Assembly: GCF_018350175.1 (NCBI RefSeq) | Contig: NC_058383.1 | Location: forward strand, 1,302,001 to 1,366,000 | Source: Felis catus | Lineage: Eukaryota | Reading direction: 5' to 3' | DNA: 64,000 nucleotides | Part shown: one piece after another, positions 31,286-43,500 of the stretch | How positions within the stretch are numbered: the stretch's first letter is position 1 | How the letters are laid out: the number at the start of each line of letters is the position of its first letter | Notes under the pieces: model-generated | Seen by the model: the letters and a program-made list of their open reading frames with translations, nothing else | Told to the model about the DNA's origin: nothing | Database searches by the model: none | Translations under genes and position numbers: made by a program

Positions 31286-34200
31286 TGCAGTGCGTCCGCG
31301 TGTTTCTGCAGGAAGGACACGGCCGCCGGGGCGTTGCAGGTCACGTACTTGTGGGTGAAGTGCACGAACTTGTGGATGAAGGGCGCCAGGTGGCGGGACG
31401 ACTTTCTGTAGCTCTGCAAAGCGGAAGCCGGGTGCTCACAGCTGCGGCGCCCCCACCCTGCCCGCCACACCTGCCCTGGAGGCCTCAGGACGGACCCCCA
31501 GACGCCAGCAACGCCACCGCCTGCCGGCCGCCACGCTAAAGTCTCCAAAACGGCCTTGCCGTTCGTGAACTGCCAGCGTGGACAGGCAGACGTCTAGCTG
31601 GAGCGTGAAAGCAGATGGACGACAGACCCCAGGAAGGCAGGAAGGCCGCAGAGAGGGCTGTGCTGAGCCCCGGCTGCAGAACACGAGCTGTGTCCCCAGG
31701 CGCACGAGAAGCAGGGAGCTGGTGCCCAGGGTGGGGGGCGGAAGCCACCGGGTAGGGGGCCTGGCCCTGCCCTTGCTGCGGTGACGCGGGCCAGCCCTGC
31801 CCTCCCACAGGTCCCAGGAGCCCTCACCCGACAGCCTCGGGCGGAAGGGGACGGGGGCAGGTCAGGCCTGGCCAGGCTGTGAGGGCAGAAGCGGGCGGAG
31901 GGTGGTGGGAGCCGTGGGGGTGCCAGTGGGCAGAGGAGGAACAAGGGCACACGGGCCTGGCCCGGGGGCGCCCCCCGGCCCGGGGGGAGCCCCACCACCC
32001 GGCGGTGAAAGGCAGGCGGCCCAAGCTGGCGGCAGACCCACCAGAAGCAGGCGGACGAAGGAGCGCAGACAGTCCCACAGCGCCCCCTGGTGCTCGCTCT
32101 GGAACACCTGCGGCTGCAGCAGCTCCAGGACCCCCAGCACGTGGAGGAAGAAGGTCAGGTGGTTCTGCTGCCGGAACTCCTGGAAATTGAGGTGGGTGCG
32201 GCCGTGCAGGAGCGCGGCGATCATGGGCAGGTGCCTGGGGGCGACAAAGGGTGCTCGCGGGTGGTGGGTGGCCTGGCCGCTCGACCCCACAGGAAACCCT
32301 CGGTGGCCTGGGCCACACCCGGGCCCACCCCTAACAAGCTCCGGGGCACGCCCTGAGGGGCCGAACTGGCCACCCTGACCGTCCCACCGGGTTCCAGGTC
32401 TACGAGGTGCCGTGTGTCCTGACCCGGCCTCTGGGGCTGTGCCCGGGCCCTCCCAGCTCAGACTCGGCTCAGCCAGGAAGAAGCCAACGGCCGCCACTGG
32501 GCCACGAGGGCCGGCAGCTTCCAGATGCAGAGCCCGCTCTTAAACCACCCGAGCGCAGGCAGGACGCGAGGAGCCACCAGACGCCCTGCCGGGGCCCCCA
32601 GAGCGCAGCCGGGCGCCCGCACCTGAGCAGCAGGATGGGGTGGGCCACGGCCAGCTTCCGGCAGGCCATGTTAGCGTCGGCCACCCTGTTCTCTGACGAC
32701 CTTGAGTCGCTGGTGTCTGCCAGGAGGGTGATGACGCGGTGGATAAGGCCGTCCAGCTGAGGGGATGGCGGGGTGAGGGTCAGAGGCCACCCGCAGAAGG
32801 CCCACACCCGGCCCCGGCCACGCAGGGGACCCGGGAAAGCTGTCCCCCTGTGCTTTCTGGGGCCACGTCAAACAGGCCGGAGCCAAAGCTTCCAGACAGC
32901 CTCGCACACGGAATTCAGTCACCCTCCACGTACAACAGATACCCTCGGCTAAACGCCAAAGTGGTACGTTGAGATAAAAAAGCAACACGGTGCGTAAAAC
33001 ACGATCTCAACTCTGCAAAGTGACACGGATGAAAAAGCGAACGAAACGGGGTTAGAAGGAACCAATTTCCCTATGTCGTGCTGAAAACACGGAAGGTGAC
33101 AGATCCCGCCACGGAGGCAGGGGCGGGAGGCCTGCCGGATGCCTGGGCCCCCGCCGCGTATCTGCCCAGGGCAGCGGAGGCGAGCACCGCACGCGGGCCG
33201 TGCCGGGTGACGGTCCCGGGGCCCACGGTGGGCGGGGGGCATGAGCGGGCGGGTCCGGCCACGCGGCGGACGACCCCACGGCCCAGGAAGGAGCGAGCCA
33301 TCCGCGCACGCCAAGCACACCCGCTTCTCGGGACCACGCGGAGTGCAAGGTGGCCCACAAGCAGCGTGCGTCACCGCTCCACGGACAGAGGCTCCGGGGA
33401 GCGCACAGGCCCGGGCGCTCACCGGGGAGGCTCTCGGGGGCCCGAAGGAGCGTCCCGCTCGAGGCAGGCTTTCAGCACTCACCGCCGCCGGGGCTCGCCC
33501 CCGCCCCCGCCCCCGCCCCGCTCACCTTGCAGGTGCTGCTGCCCGTGGCGCCTCCACTGTGCAGCAGGGCCTCTGGCACGGGCGCCCGCAGCTCCGGCCA
33601 CTGCAGGTACAGCTGCACCAGCAGGTCCCGGCAGCGCCTGCCCGGCACGCTGTAAGAGACCGAGGCGCGGCTGCTGGGCGCACGGGGCTCCGCGGGCGGC
33701 AGCCTCGGGGGCCCGCGGCCGGGGAGGGGGGCCCGCTCACCTGTCGCCCCACTGCTGGATGCAGCCCGTCAGGTGCGCCGTCACCGTCCTGATGCTCGCG
33801 TCGTCCCCGCGACAGCAGCGGAGCAACAGGGGCAGCCGGGCCTGGAGCAGACTGCAGGCGGCGGCGTCCCCGTCCTGGCTTCTGGCCTCCGCCTCCGCCA
33901 GGATCAGCTCCGCCAGGCCGACGAGTTCCGGCGCCCGGACCCGCAGCGCCAGCTCCTCCCGCCGCTTCTGCAACCGGCGACCGCCCGTCAGCGCCAGGCC
34001 GGAGCGGAGGCGCTGGCGCGGGCCTCGCCCCACCCGACACCTGCCTGAGGGGTGCGCTGGTCCCTTCCCTGCCAGATCCGCGGCACGTGGATGCAGGCCC
34101 ACAGGAAGTCCAGCGACGCCGAAGGGTCGAACCTGCAAGGGCGCAGCAGCTCTGGCTCGGTTTCCAAGCGCAGAATGCAAACCACCGTCGCGACGAGAGA

Positions 34201-37200
34201 ACGAAGGGCAGGACGTGACCGGCGGTGGAAGGTGTGCACCACAGACGTCTTTCCCGATGAGCTCTCTAGGTAAGGGCCACCCCGCCTCACCTGACCTCCC
34301 CGCATCTCACACCAGCGAAACAAACAGCCCTGCCCATCCCCGGCACCTGGAACCCCTTGCACGTGGCATGGAAGGCAGCCACGGACACCCTCTGAGGAGA
34401 GGACGTTCTGTCTGTTGACCGTCTGCCCCGGTGGACGCCCGGGGCGGGGAAACTTGGACGGCAGGGGGAGGGTGTCTGTATCCCCAGGGTGGTGAGACCC
34501 ACCGCAGGGCCCCCTTCCGGGTAAGAGCCCCAGGCACCCAAAGAAGCCAGGCATGGTGGGGAGCATGGGATCAGATGTCCAGAGGCCCCTCGATGCCGCC
34601 CCCATGCTGCCTGGCCCTCAGGGAAGGGTGGCGGAGGGGGGCACGCAGACCTCTGCTCCCGGTTCTTGCCCAGCAGGATACGGATACACTGGTGCAACGT
34701 GGACCAGCTGGACTGGTGAGTGAGGAGGGCGAGCAGGTAGGGTCGGAAAGATGGCACCTGGGGGCCCGGATGACCTTTGCCCTGCGGAGGAAGGACACCT
34801 GGGCTGACCGGCCAGCCGTCCTCTGCCGAGCAGGGTCAGCAGACGACGCCCCACCCGAGCCACCGGGAAGCAGAGGGAGGAGGCCGTTCCCAGCGAGACC
34901 CGGAGCCCCCGCCTGGGAGGCAGTCCCGGCCACGTGGGGTCCAGCCGGAGTCACCACAGCCAGAACATGTGCTGGCCCGGACCAGCTTCTTGGGGACGGT
35001 GAGCACGAACAGAACGACAAAGCCCAAATCCCCATCTCCTGCTCTAGAACCTCAGAAGCTGGTCCAAAGACCGCCACGGGCCGCAAGAACACCTCGGGAG
35101 GCTCGGGGACGGACGAGGGTGATCACCGCTGAGACTCCGCCCCCCATCCCCGCAAGGCCCCACAGCCTCCCTGGGGACCCATCCCGGGCAGGGGGCCGGG
35201 CTCCGCTCTCCATGAGGCTCGCCAGCGGTGCCTCCCGTCCCTGCACGAGGCCCTGGGCCACGCACTGCCGGTCCCACTCTGGCCCGCCCGCCCCAGCAAC
35301 CCGACCTGACCGCTGCAGTCACTGCTCACAGGGGACGGGGCAACCCCCCCCACCCCCCCGGGCCGACGAGGGTCAGGCCTGGGCTTCCGCTGGGACCGAG
35401 GGAAAGCCGGGTCCGTGCGCAGCCCACCTTGCTCCGGGAGAAGAGCAGCCTCTGCTGTAGGTCGGGACAACTGCTGATCACCTCAGGGTCCAGCAGCTCC
35501 AGCCAGTCGACCAGGAGCCCGGAGCAGGGTCCCAGCTGCACGGTCTCCGGGCTGAAGGCAATGCAGGGCCGGGTCGGAAACGGCCGGCCTGGGGCGGGGG
35601 TGGGGGGACGTGGGGAGAGGTGGGGGGTGGCGCGGGCAGGCCACAGCAGCCCCCCAGCTCCCCCCAGCCCACCTGCGGCTGTCGGCCTCGGGCTCCCCCG
35701 GGGCCGGGGGCTCCTTCTCCTGCAGCAGCAGGGAGCTCAGCACGGCCACGGGCCTCCAGGTCGGGGACGCGGTGGCAAAGAGAGCAGCCAGCAGCTCCTC
35801 CAGGTGGGGCGACCCCGCCTCAATCAGGCCCCGGAGGACTGCGAGGAAAAGAGCGTGTTCCGCGTCACTCCAGCTCCGGGGACGGGCACGGGCGGGCCCC
35901 GGGCCCCCTGACTCTGGGACAGACGGGCCAGGGCTCTTCGACCAGGGGAGGAGCCTTCCGGCGGACCGCCGTTCCTGGCCACAGGCCCCGTTTTGGGGGC
36001 ACCTAGGAGAGGGACCTCTGGGCTCGGCAGCCAGGCTGGGGGTCCTCACGGTGCCCGGCCCCGAGTTACCTTTGCCGACGAGCTCGGGCTCCACGCCACA
36101 CTTCTCCCCCGACCTGAGGGTGGCGACCACGGCCCGGACAGTAGAGTTGACCACCTCCGAGTCCCCGCGGAACGCCAAGGCCTCGGCGAGGCGCAGGAGC
36201 CCACTCCGTGCTGCAGGGAGGCGTGCGTGTGACCCGGGGTCTGGCGCAGGGCCCCGTCCCCGCTCCCCAGCCTGCCCGCCTCCCCGGCCCCCCCCCCCAC
36301 TTCCCGCTAAGGCTCCCGCTTTGTTCCCCACAGCCCCAGTTTTCCAACCCCTGGGCCACGTCCACGCTGACGCCCACGCAGGGCCCACACAGCCCAACGG
36401 CTGACACCCCCAAACGGACTGGGCCCTCCCCACTGCCCCCGGGGAAGGGGCAGCAAGCCCGAGGCCCTCACCATCGCTGATCCTGCGGCGTGCCGAGTAC
36501 TGGGCGGCGAACAGCTTGAGCTGGGCCTGCAGGGGTCCGCCCTCCCCGGCGGGGCCGTCCAGCCACTGCAGCATCTGCACGAGCACTTTGAGGAAGAGCG
36601 ACGAGAAGCCGGTGTCCTGCGGCACACAGCGCTGTGGGGGGGACCCGCAGCTCAGAGCCGCGACCTCCGACCCTTCCAAACCGCACAGCCGGCGAGCCAT
36701 TCTCCCGTCTGCAACCGGCCTGGCTGCGGCTCGGGGAGGAAGAGGAGACGCCCCACGGGCGCACACACGAGTGACAGCACGCGTGGACGTGGGCAGACGA
36801 GCAAGTTCGGCAGGGTCACCGAGTCAGGGTGACAGACGCGGACCGGGAACCCCCGCCCCCGGCTTACTGGGGCGCCTCCCCAAACAGACGTGGGGCTCTA
36901 CGCCCGGCTCTGCAGCCGCCAGCTCCCTCCCTGCCCTGGGAAGCCGAGGACGAAGGCCCGCACAGGGACGGCGTGAGGGCAGCCGGCGGGCAGGGCCGGG
37001 GCCAGCTCTGCGGAAGGCCCGGGACTCAGGGTGGACTCAAGGCCGAGGCCCCGGGCCCCGGAACGCGCGCAGCAACCCTCGCGCGTGACTCCCCGCGGGC
37101 CAGGCCTCCGCCGCACACGCGCCCACCTGGTACTGGGAGATCTGACGCAGCAGAGGGCAGGCGAGGAAGTGGTTCCGGTGCATGGACATCACCAGGGCCC

Positions 37201-37462
37201 CGCCGTGCGGGGAGCCGAGCAGGGTGGCGACGGCCTGCAGGAGGCGCACCGTGACGCCGGACAGCTCGGGGCTCCCCTGGCGGAGTTGCGCCAGCTCCTG
37301 GCCGAGGGCCTGCTGCAGCGCGAGGGCGACGGGGCGGGCGCTGGAGCTCTGCCACCGCGGGCCCGGGCTCAGCGGGAAGATCTGGAGCAGAGGGAAGGGG
37401 GGGGGGGGGCGTCAGGGCAGGCCGGTGGGGGAGAGCGGAAGCAGCCGGCTCAAGAGAGAGCA

Positions 37463-37512
<50 letters not shown>

Positions 37513-40500
37513 CGCGCGTGTGCCTGTGCGTGCAGGAAGACGCAAGCCTTCCCCAGGAACGTCGCCATTCGGGGAGGCGAGAACACGGCACGGAGGCCCC
37601 GGGCTCGCGGGGCTCGCCGTGCACACACGTGTCCGCAACGGGGACAGCCCTGGGGGCAGGAAGCACGGCGGCGGCGGCCAGGGAGCGAGCGCTCCCAGGA
37701 CCGTTCCGAGCGCGGATGACGGTGCACGGCCCTGGACAGGCGTCCGCTCCGGCGGGCGAAATCGCACAGCACGAGCGATGCCCACGCGCAGCACGGCAAG
37801 GCGGCCCTCAGCGCTCGGGCCCCCGGAGCCAGTCTCAAGTGAAACACGCCAGACAACCCGCCTGAGGTGGCTTTTCCAGCTCCGTCCCAGCCGGGAAGCC
37901 AAGCGGCCGGGCCAGGGTCGTCTAGCGCCGGGGAGGGAGGCGCGGTTCTGACCCGGGCGGCTGGCTCCGGGGAGCCCTCCCCATCTGGATGTGGGCTCCG
38001 GGGAGGCGGCCCTCTCTCCGGGCGGGAGGAAGGACCGGGCAGCCCGGGGCGCCCCGCTTCTGGAGAGACCGTCCCAGGCGGTGGTGGTACCTGCAGGACT
38101 GTGCTGGCCAAGTCGTCCTCGGGGCCGAGCACCCGCACCTGGGTCACAGCCCGAGTCCGCCCCTGGCCCGAAGGCTGCTCTGGGCTGCTTTTGGGTTTCG
38201 GCGCCTCGGCGCTGTCTGCGCGGAAAGGGGAACGGGCTTCAGCGGGTGACTCTTCCCAGCTGGCGTCCAGCGCGGGCCCGGCACCCGAGAGCAGGCCCCG
38301 CAGAGGGGCCCTCGCCCCCCACGCCCCCCGCCGCACTCAGGCCTGCGGAGGCCCGGGAGGAGCAGGGCCTTCAGGCGGGATGTCGGATACCCGCCCGGGA
38401 CGAGCGTGCCCCCGGTCCGCGTGCTGAGGTGTGGGTCGGGGTCGGACAGTACCTCGTCGGGGAGGCAGGGAAGCCGTGAGCAGGGAATGGAAGGTCTGGC
38501 CTCCGGACGCTCCTCTCTCGTGCTGAACCTCCACCAGGTGAGCCATGTAATCTGGGAGCCAGCAGCCAGGTTACGTCCCCGCGCCCGCGGGAGCAAGCAC
38601 CTCCCCCCGCCCAACGCCCGGGCTTCCCAAGGCCCGAGCTTCCCGGAGGTTTCCGGAGCTGAGCCGCGGGACGTTTCACGAAGGGCCTGCTGGGGCCGAG
38701 TGCACGCCGCAGCGTCTCCCGCCTCCAACCCCGGCAGGCGCGGACACCCGGGCGGTGCTGGGACAGGGCGGCCGGGCTCCAGGCCGGACCTCCTGCCGGG
38801 AGTGCCACCCCGCCCCGGAGCCGCCCCCTAACGCTCGGCCGGGGTGTGTCGCACACGTGGGGGGCGGGGGGGGGGGGTCCCTGGCTCTCACTCTTGTCCA
38901 TGATGTTCTGCTCCAGCGTCTGGGGGTCGTGGGCCACCGCTTGGTCCAGGTACTGGAGCAGCTTGCTCATGCTGGACACAGGGATGCCGAAGGACTGCAC
39001 GAACAGCAGCAGCTGCTGGGGCTCCAGGTCCTGCAAGGCTGAGAGGGACGCTCGCTCGGTGCCCCTCCTGCTCGGCACCCCGGCCCGCGGGGTCCTTCCT
39101 GAAGCCCCAGCCTCTCCCCACGAGGCTCACCACCAGCTTCCGCAGCTTGCTACCCGGGGGGGCACTGTGCCGGCCCTGCGGCCCCCTCCCCTCACCCCTG
39201 AGCCCTCTAGAACCATCCCTGGCTCCCTGCGGCTCCTTACAGCGTGTCCTTCCCTGCGCATCACAGACTCGCCCCGCCACGCACTGAACCGCCTCCCGGG
39301 CTGCCCTCCACCTTCCGGCGCTCCCTGCCAGACGCCGCGCTGGCCTCGTCTGGGAACAGCCTCCGGCAGGCCGCCCAGCCCCCACCGCATCCTTCCAGAG
39401 CCAGCGCAGAGGACCCAGCCCTTCCCGCTCCCCTCGAAACCCCCGGGCCGCTTTCCCTCTGTCCTCTGGCACCGCCTGCTTCCAGAGAGGCCTTGGCCTC
39501 CCTGCCCGACTGTGAGGGGCTGGCGGCCAGGGGCAGCGTGGCGCCCGCCCCAAAGCCCAGCACGGCTCCAGGCACACCGGGAGCCCCGTGGGCACCCGCT
39601 GAGTGACGAACGTCCTGAGCCCCGGAGGCCAAGTCCCTCTCCCTGGTGTGCCGCAGTGGGGGGCCGGGCTCACTGAGGCGGCAGGTGGCCGGGCCACCCC
39701 GGCGACAGACCCCCGGGCCCGGCCAGCCCGCCCGTACCCGCGTCCACCAGGCGAGGAACCTCGGAGCGGATCATGCGCAGCTTGAGCCAGTCGGGCAGCA
39801 GGAGCGCCTCCTCCGACGTGTCCACCAGGAAGGCCGTGGGCAGAGGCTGCTTCTCCGGGAACCAGATGTCCAGCAGCGCCTGGAACTCGCCGTCCCCGGC
39901 TTCGGGAGAGACGACGTGGCGAGCAGCGTGACGGTTGGGCAGGGCCACCCCGAGCTCCGCGGTGAGACCCCTCCCTCCCCCCCCTCCCCAGGGCAGGAGG
40001 CCAGGGCCGGAAGAGCCCCAAGTGGGAACGGAGGCTGCGGAGGGACGGGAGGGGTGGCCTGCGCACCGTGCCCGCCCCTCCTTGGTCTAACCCCACGATC
40101 TCCGCGACCCCGTTCCAGCTGAGGGCGCGGACTGTACCACGAGGCCGGCCGGTCTGCCGCAGGGGCCTGTGTGAGACTCGGCCGGCGCTGTCCCTGGGCT
40201 TGCCCCCTTCCCGCCCCCAGGCCCCGCAGACGCCCCTGGGCTGACACAGAGCCAGCCTCCCTTCCCTGCCCAAGGCTCACACGCTCCTGCCCTCCTGACA
40301 GGGGCCGCCTTCCCAGCAGAGCCCACACGGCACTGACCCCAGCAAGGGGCCCCGTCCCTGCCCTGCACGCCCACACGCGATGACGCGGCAGAACAGTCCG
40401 CGGCAGTTGGCCGGAAAGGCGCAAAGAGAAGGTCCCCGGGCCCTGGACACAGCACGCGGCCAGCACGGTGAACGTCTGCTCAACAGGCAGCCCGGGTTTA

Positions 40501-43500
40501 CGCTCCCCGTTCCAGGAACCGCGGGCTTCCCTGGCTGGGCCGCGAAGGCCTGGACACACAGACGGGCATCACGTCCTGATGACGCGAGGCCACGGGCCGG
40601 GGTGGCGAGGACGCGCCAGGGATCCGGGCTTCTTAATCCGAGGCGCTCGACGGCTCAGGAGACCTCCCGCCACGCGGGGGCTCCGGAGCGCTCTCCCCGA
40701 AACTCTGGGTCAGCGAGACGGTCCCGTCTTCACCCTGCGGGGAACCCCCGCCCAGAGCCCCCGGCGGGGGCCGCGGTGTTTCCCCCCACCTCTGCGCGAC
40801 CCTGCCCGGCGGGGCTGGGGCTCAGGGGCACGAGGAAGAAGGCAGGGAGGCCGGGAGCCGCCCCCCGCCCCCCCGCCCCCCCCCCCCCGCAGGCCACTCA
40901 CCGCGGGGCGGCCCCAGCGTCAGGAGTATGACCATGGCGTGGACCACCAGGATGTGCATCGTGGCCGTCTCCCCGCCGGTCCAGCGCAGGAAGACCTGGT
41001 CCTGTGACTCCGACTGCAGGAGAGGAGGCGGATGGCTGGGCGGTGGGGGGCCGCGGGGGGGGGGGGGCGGGCCCGGGGAGGGGGCCGCCAGCCTTACCCA
41101 GCTGTACACCTCCTCCCCCTCCTTGCTTTTGCGCATGCGCCGCACGTAGCGGGAGAAGATGGAGAGCAGGGCCACCAGCACGGCGTCCGACTCGGCGCTG
41201 CAGGAGCGCTTGGAGAACAGGTGCGACATGATGGTGGAGCGTTCCACGACCAGCCGCGCCACATCCTGGGGGCGGGGAGCACGGCCGTCAGAGGGCCTCC
41301 CCGACCGGCCCCGCCGTCTCCCGTCGCCGCCACGCCAGCCCACCGCGAGGCCGCCCGCCGGGGCCGCACCACGTGAGCCCACGCAGCCACGTGCCGGCCG
41401 GGGCCGGGGTCGCCGGGACCAGCAGAGGGAGGGGCCCGCGTGCACACACAGGGACGAAACCACCAGGCAGGGCCGGGAACGGCAGGGTGGGACAGAAGCG
41501 AGGCAGACGCCCACCGGCCCGGACAGCGACCCAGATGTCACGGATGTTACCACCCGCCCTGCTCCTGCTCCGAGCAGGGAGGGGTGGGGGGGAGGGAAAG
41601 AGGGGGAAACGCTGACACCAGCCCTGGGCGGGAGCGTGAACTTCCTGCAGCACACAGGCCACGAGCGGTCCCCAGGCTGGCCCCTCGACGAACCCACACG
41701 TGGGGAGAACCCCACCTCCAGGGACCCCTAGCTGCCCGCCCGTGCCCTTGCTCCCTGCACCCATTCATCCCACAGAGCACCGGGCCCATGGGAGCCGCCT
41801 GAGGTCGGAGCCAGAGTGGGCAGACAGGACAGAAAGGTCAGGAGAAGGCCCACCAGAAAGGGCAGGGGAGGAGGAAACACCCGTGCCCTGGGCCACCACC
41901 CTCCCTGCAGGGAGTAAGAACAGAAGAACACAGATGGGCTGGCCCGGCACCCCGTCCTCCCTCCCTGAGCAAGTGCTCCCTGGGGGGTGGTTGTGGGGGG
42001 GGTGGGCAGGCAAACCCCACCTGCACGGCCCGGGCATCATCGGTCTGGGGACAAAGGGACACGGCCAGGCCTCGATGAGCACCACGGCCGCTCTGGCCGC
42101 AAACACACCTGAATCCTCACACCCTTGACACCTGCTCTGGGCAGAAGAGCCCTGGGAAGCAGGCTGGGCTCCTGCAGCGCCCCCCATCCCCCACCCCGGC
42201 CCAGGTGGCTGTGCCACCCCCCACCCCCACGACCTCCAGGTGCAGGGCCCCGCCCCACCCCCTCACCAGGGCCAGGTCGCTGTGCTGGCCCTGCTCCTCC
42301 ACAGGCGTGTGTTGGGACAGGTAGACCAGGTAGGCGCTGATGGTCTGCGGGTCGGTCTCCATGTGGATGGCCTGGGGGAGGGGTGGTCGCGTGAGCTAGT
42401 TCGCGGGGCAGCCCCCGGCTCCCGCTCGTGCCACTGCCGCCCCTCAGCCGCCCGGCAGCGTCCCGGCACCCGTACCTGCTGAAGCGCCAGGGCGGTGGAG
42501 GTCCGGACGCTGTCGAACAGGGGCAGCCTGGGCAGGTCCCGGAGCAGCCACTGGTAGCCCTGCAGCGTCTCTGTGTCCCCCGAGTCCTCCTCCATGGGGG
42601 GCTCCTTCTCCTCCCCGTCCCGCAGACTGCCCTCCGACAGCACCAGGGACAAGCCCTGCGAACAGACGCGTGCATGGGCCGGACACGCTCCCTCAAAGCC
42701 CCCGGGGGCGGGACCGGCCTGGCTGGCAAAGACGCCGCGTCCCCTCAGAGACGCCTGAACCGACGAGAAGGCCGCAGCTGGAGCCGCATCTCTGGAAAGT
42801 CGTGCGACACCTCGAAAGAGGCGGCGAGACCGCTACTCTGTCACTAAGTCTCTCCCGGGAGCTCACGTCGGCGCCCAGGGAGGGATCACGGGCCAGCGGG
42901 ACACAGGGTCTGCCTCTCCCAACCTCACCACCGCCACCCTTTCCACGCGAAACCGGCTAAGCAGCAGCCTAGGTGAGTTAGACGCCGGCCGGGGGCGCCG
43001 GGAAGCGGGAGCGGAGCAGAGCGGCCCCTCCCCGTGCCGCACCTTCATGGCCAGCACCCTGGAGGCCACCTGGGGAGAGCCGAGGCGCCGCAGGAAGTAG
43101 TCCAGCACCTCGCACGTGGTCTGCTCGTCGGCCTTGGGGCCCAGGAGTAGGTCCTGCAGGCGACCCAGCAGCTGCCGCTGCTTCTGCTGCCTCTGCGGGG
43201 GCGAGGGGGGCCGCTCAGGGGTCCGCGCGGCCGTGCGCGGGGCCGCGGTGGGCCTGGGGGCGCTCGGGGGCACCGACCTGACGCTTCCTGGCCTTCTGCT
43301 CCTTGCTCTCGCCCTCCTCCTCCTCCTCCCCGGACGTGGCGTCGTCGGCAGCGTCGTGCAGCAGGAACTCACACAGGCACTGCACCGGCAGCACGTCCAG
43401 GGAGCCCTCGCTCGACTGCACCAGGTCGGCCAGCCAGGGCATGGACTGCGACGAGGCCTGGCTGGGGCCACGGACACACTCAGCAGCGCCCCCGGCGGCC

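Noticed and set aside
32880..33090. A-rich stretch in INTS1 intron 39 as a possible snoRNA or foreign insert
   Set aside because: No convincing C/D or H/ACA box arrangement with terminal stem; more consistent with a decayed old repeat
33078..34418. 446-aa plus-strand ORF antisense to INTS1 exons 37-39
   Set aside because: Antisense shadow in very GC-rich sequence with no recognisable protein features
37026..40273. 436-aa and 461-aa minus-strand ORFs in INTS1
   Set aside because: They read through introns, a microsatellite and off-frame exons; the spliced model explains the real coding parts
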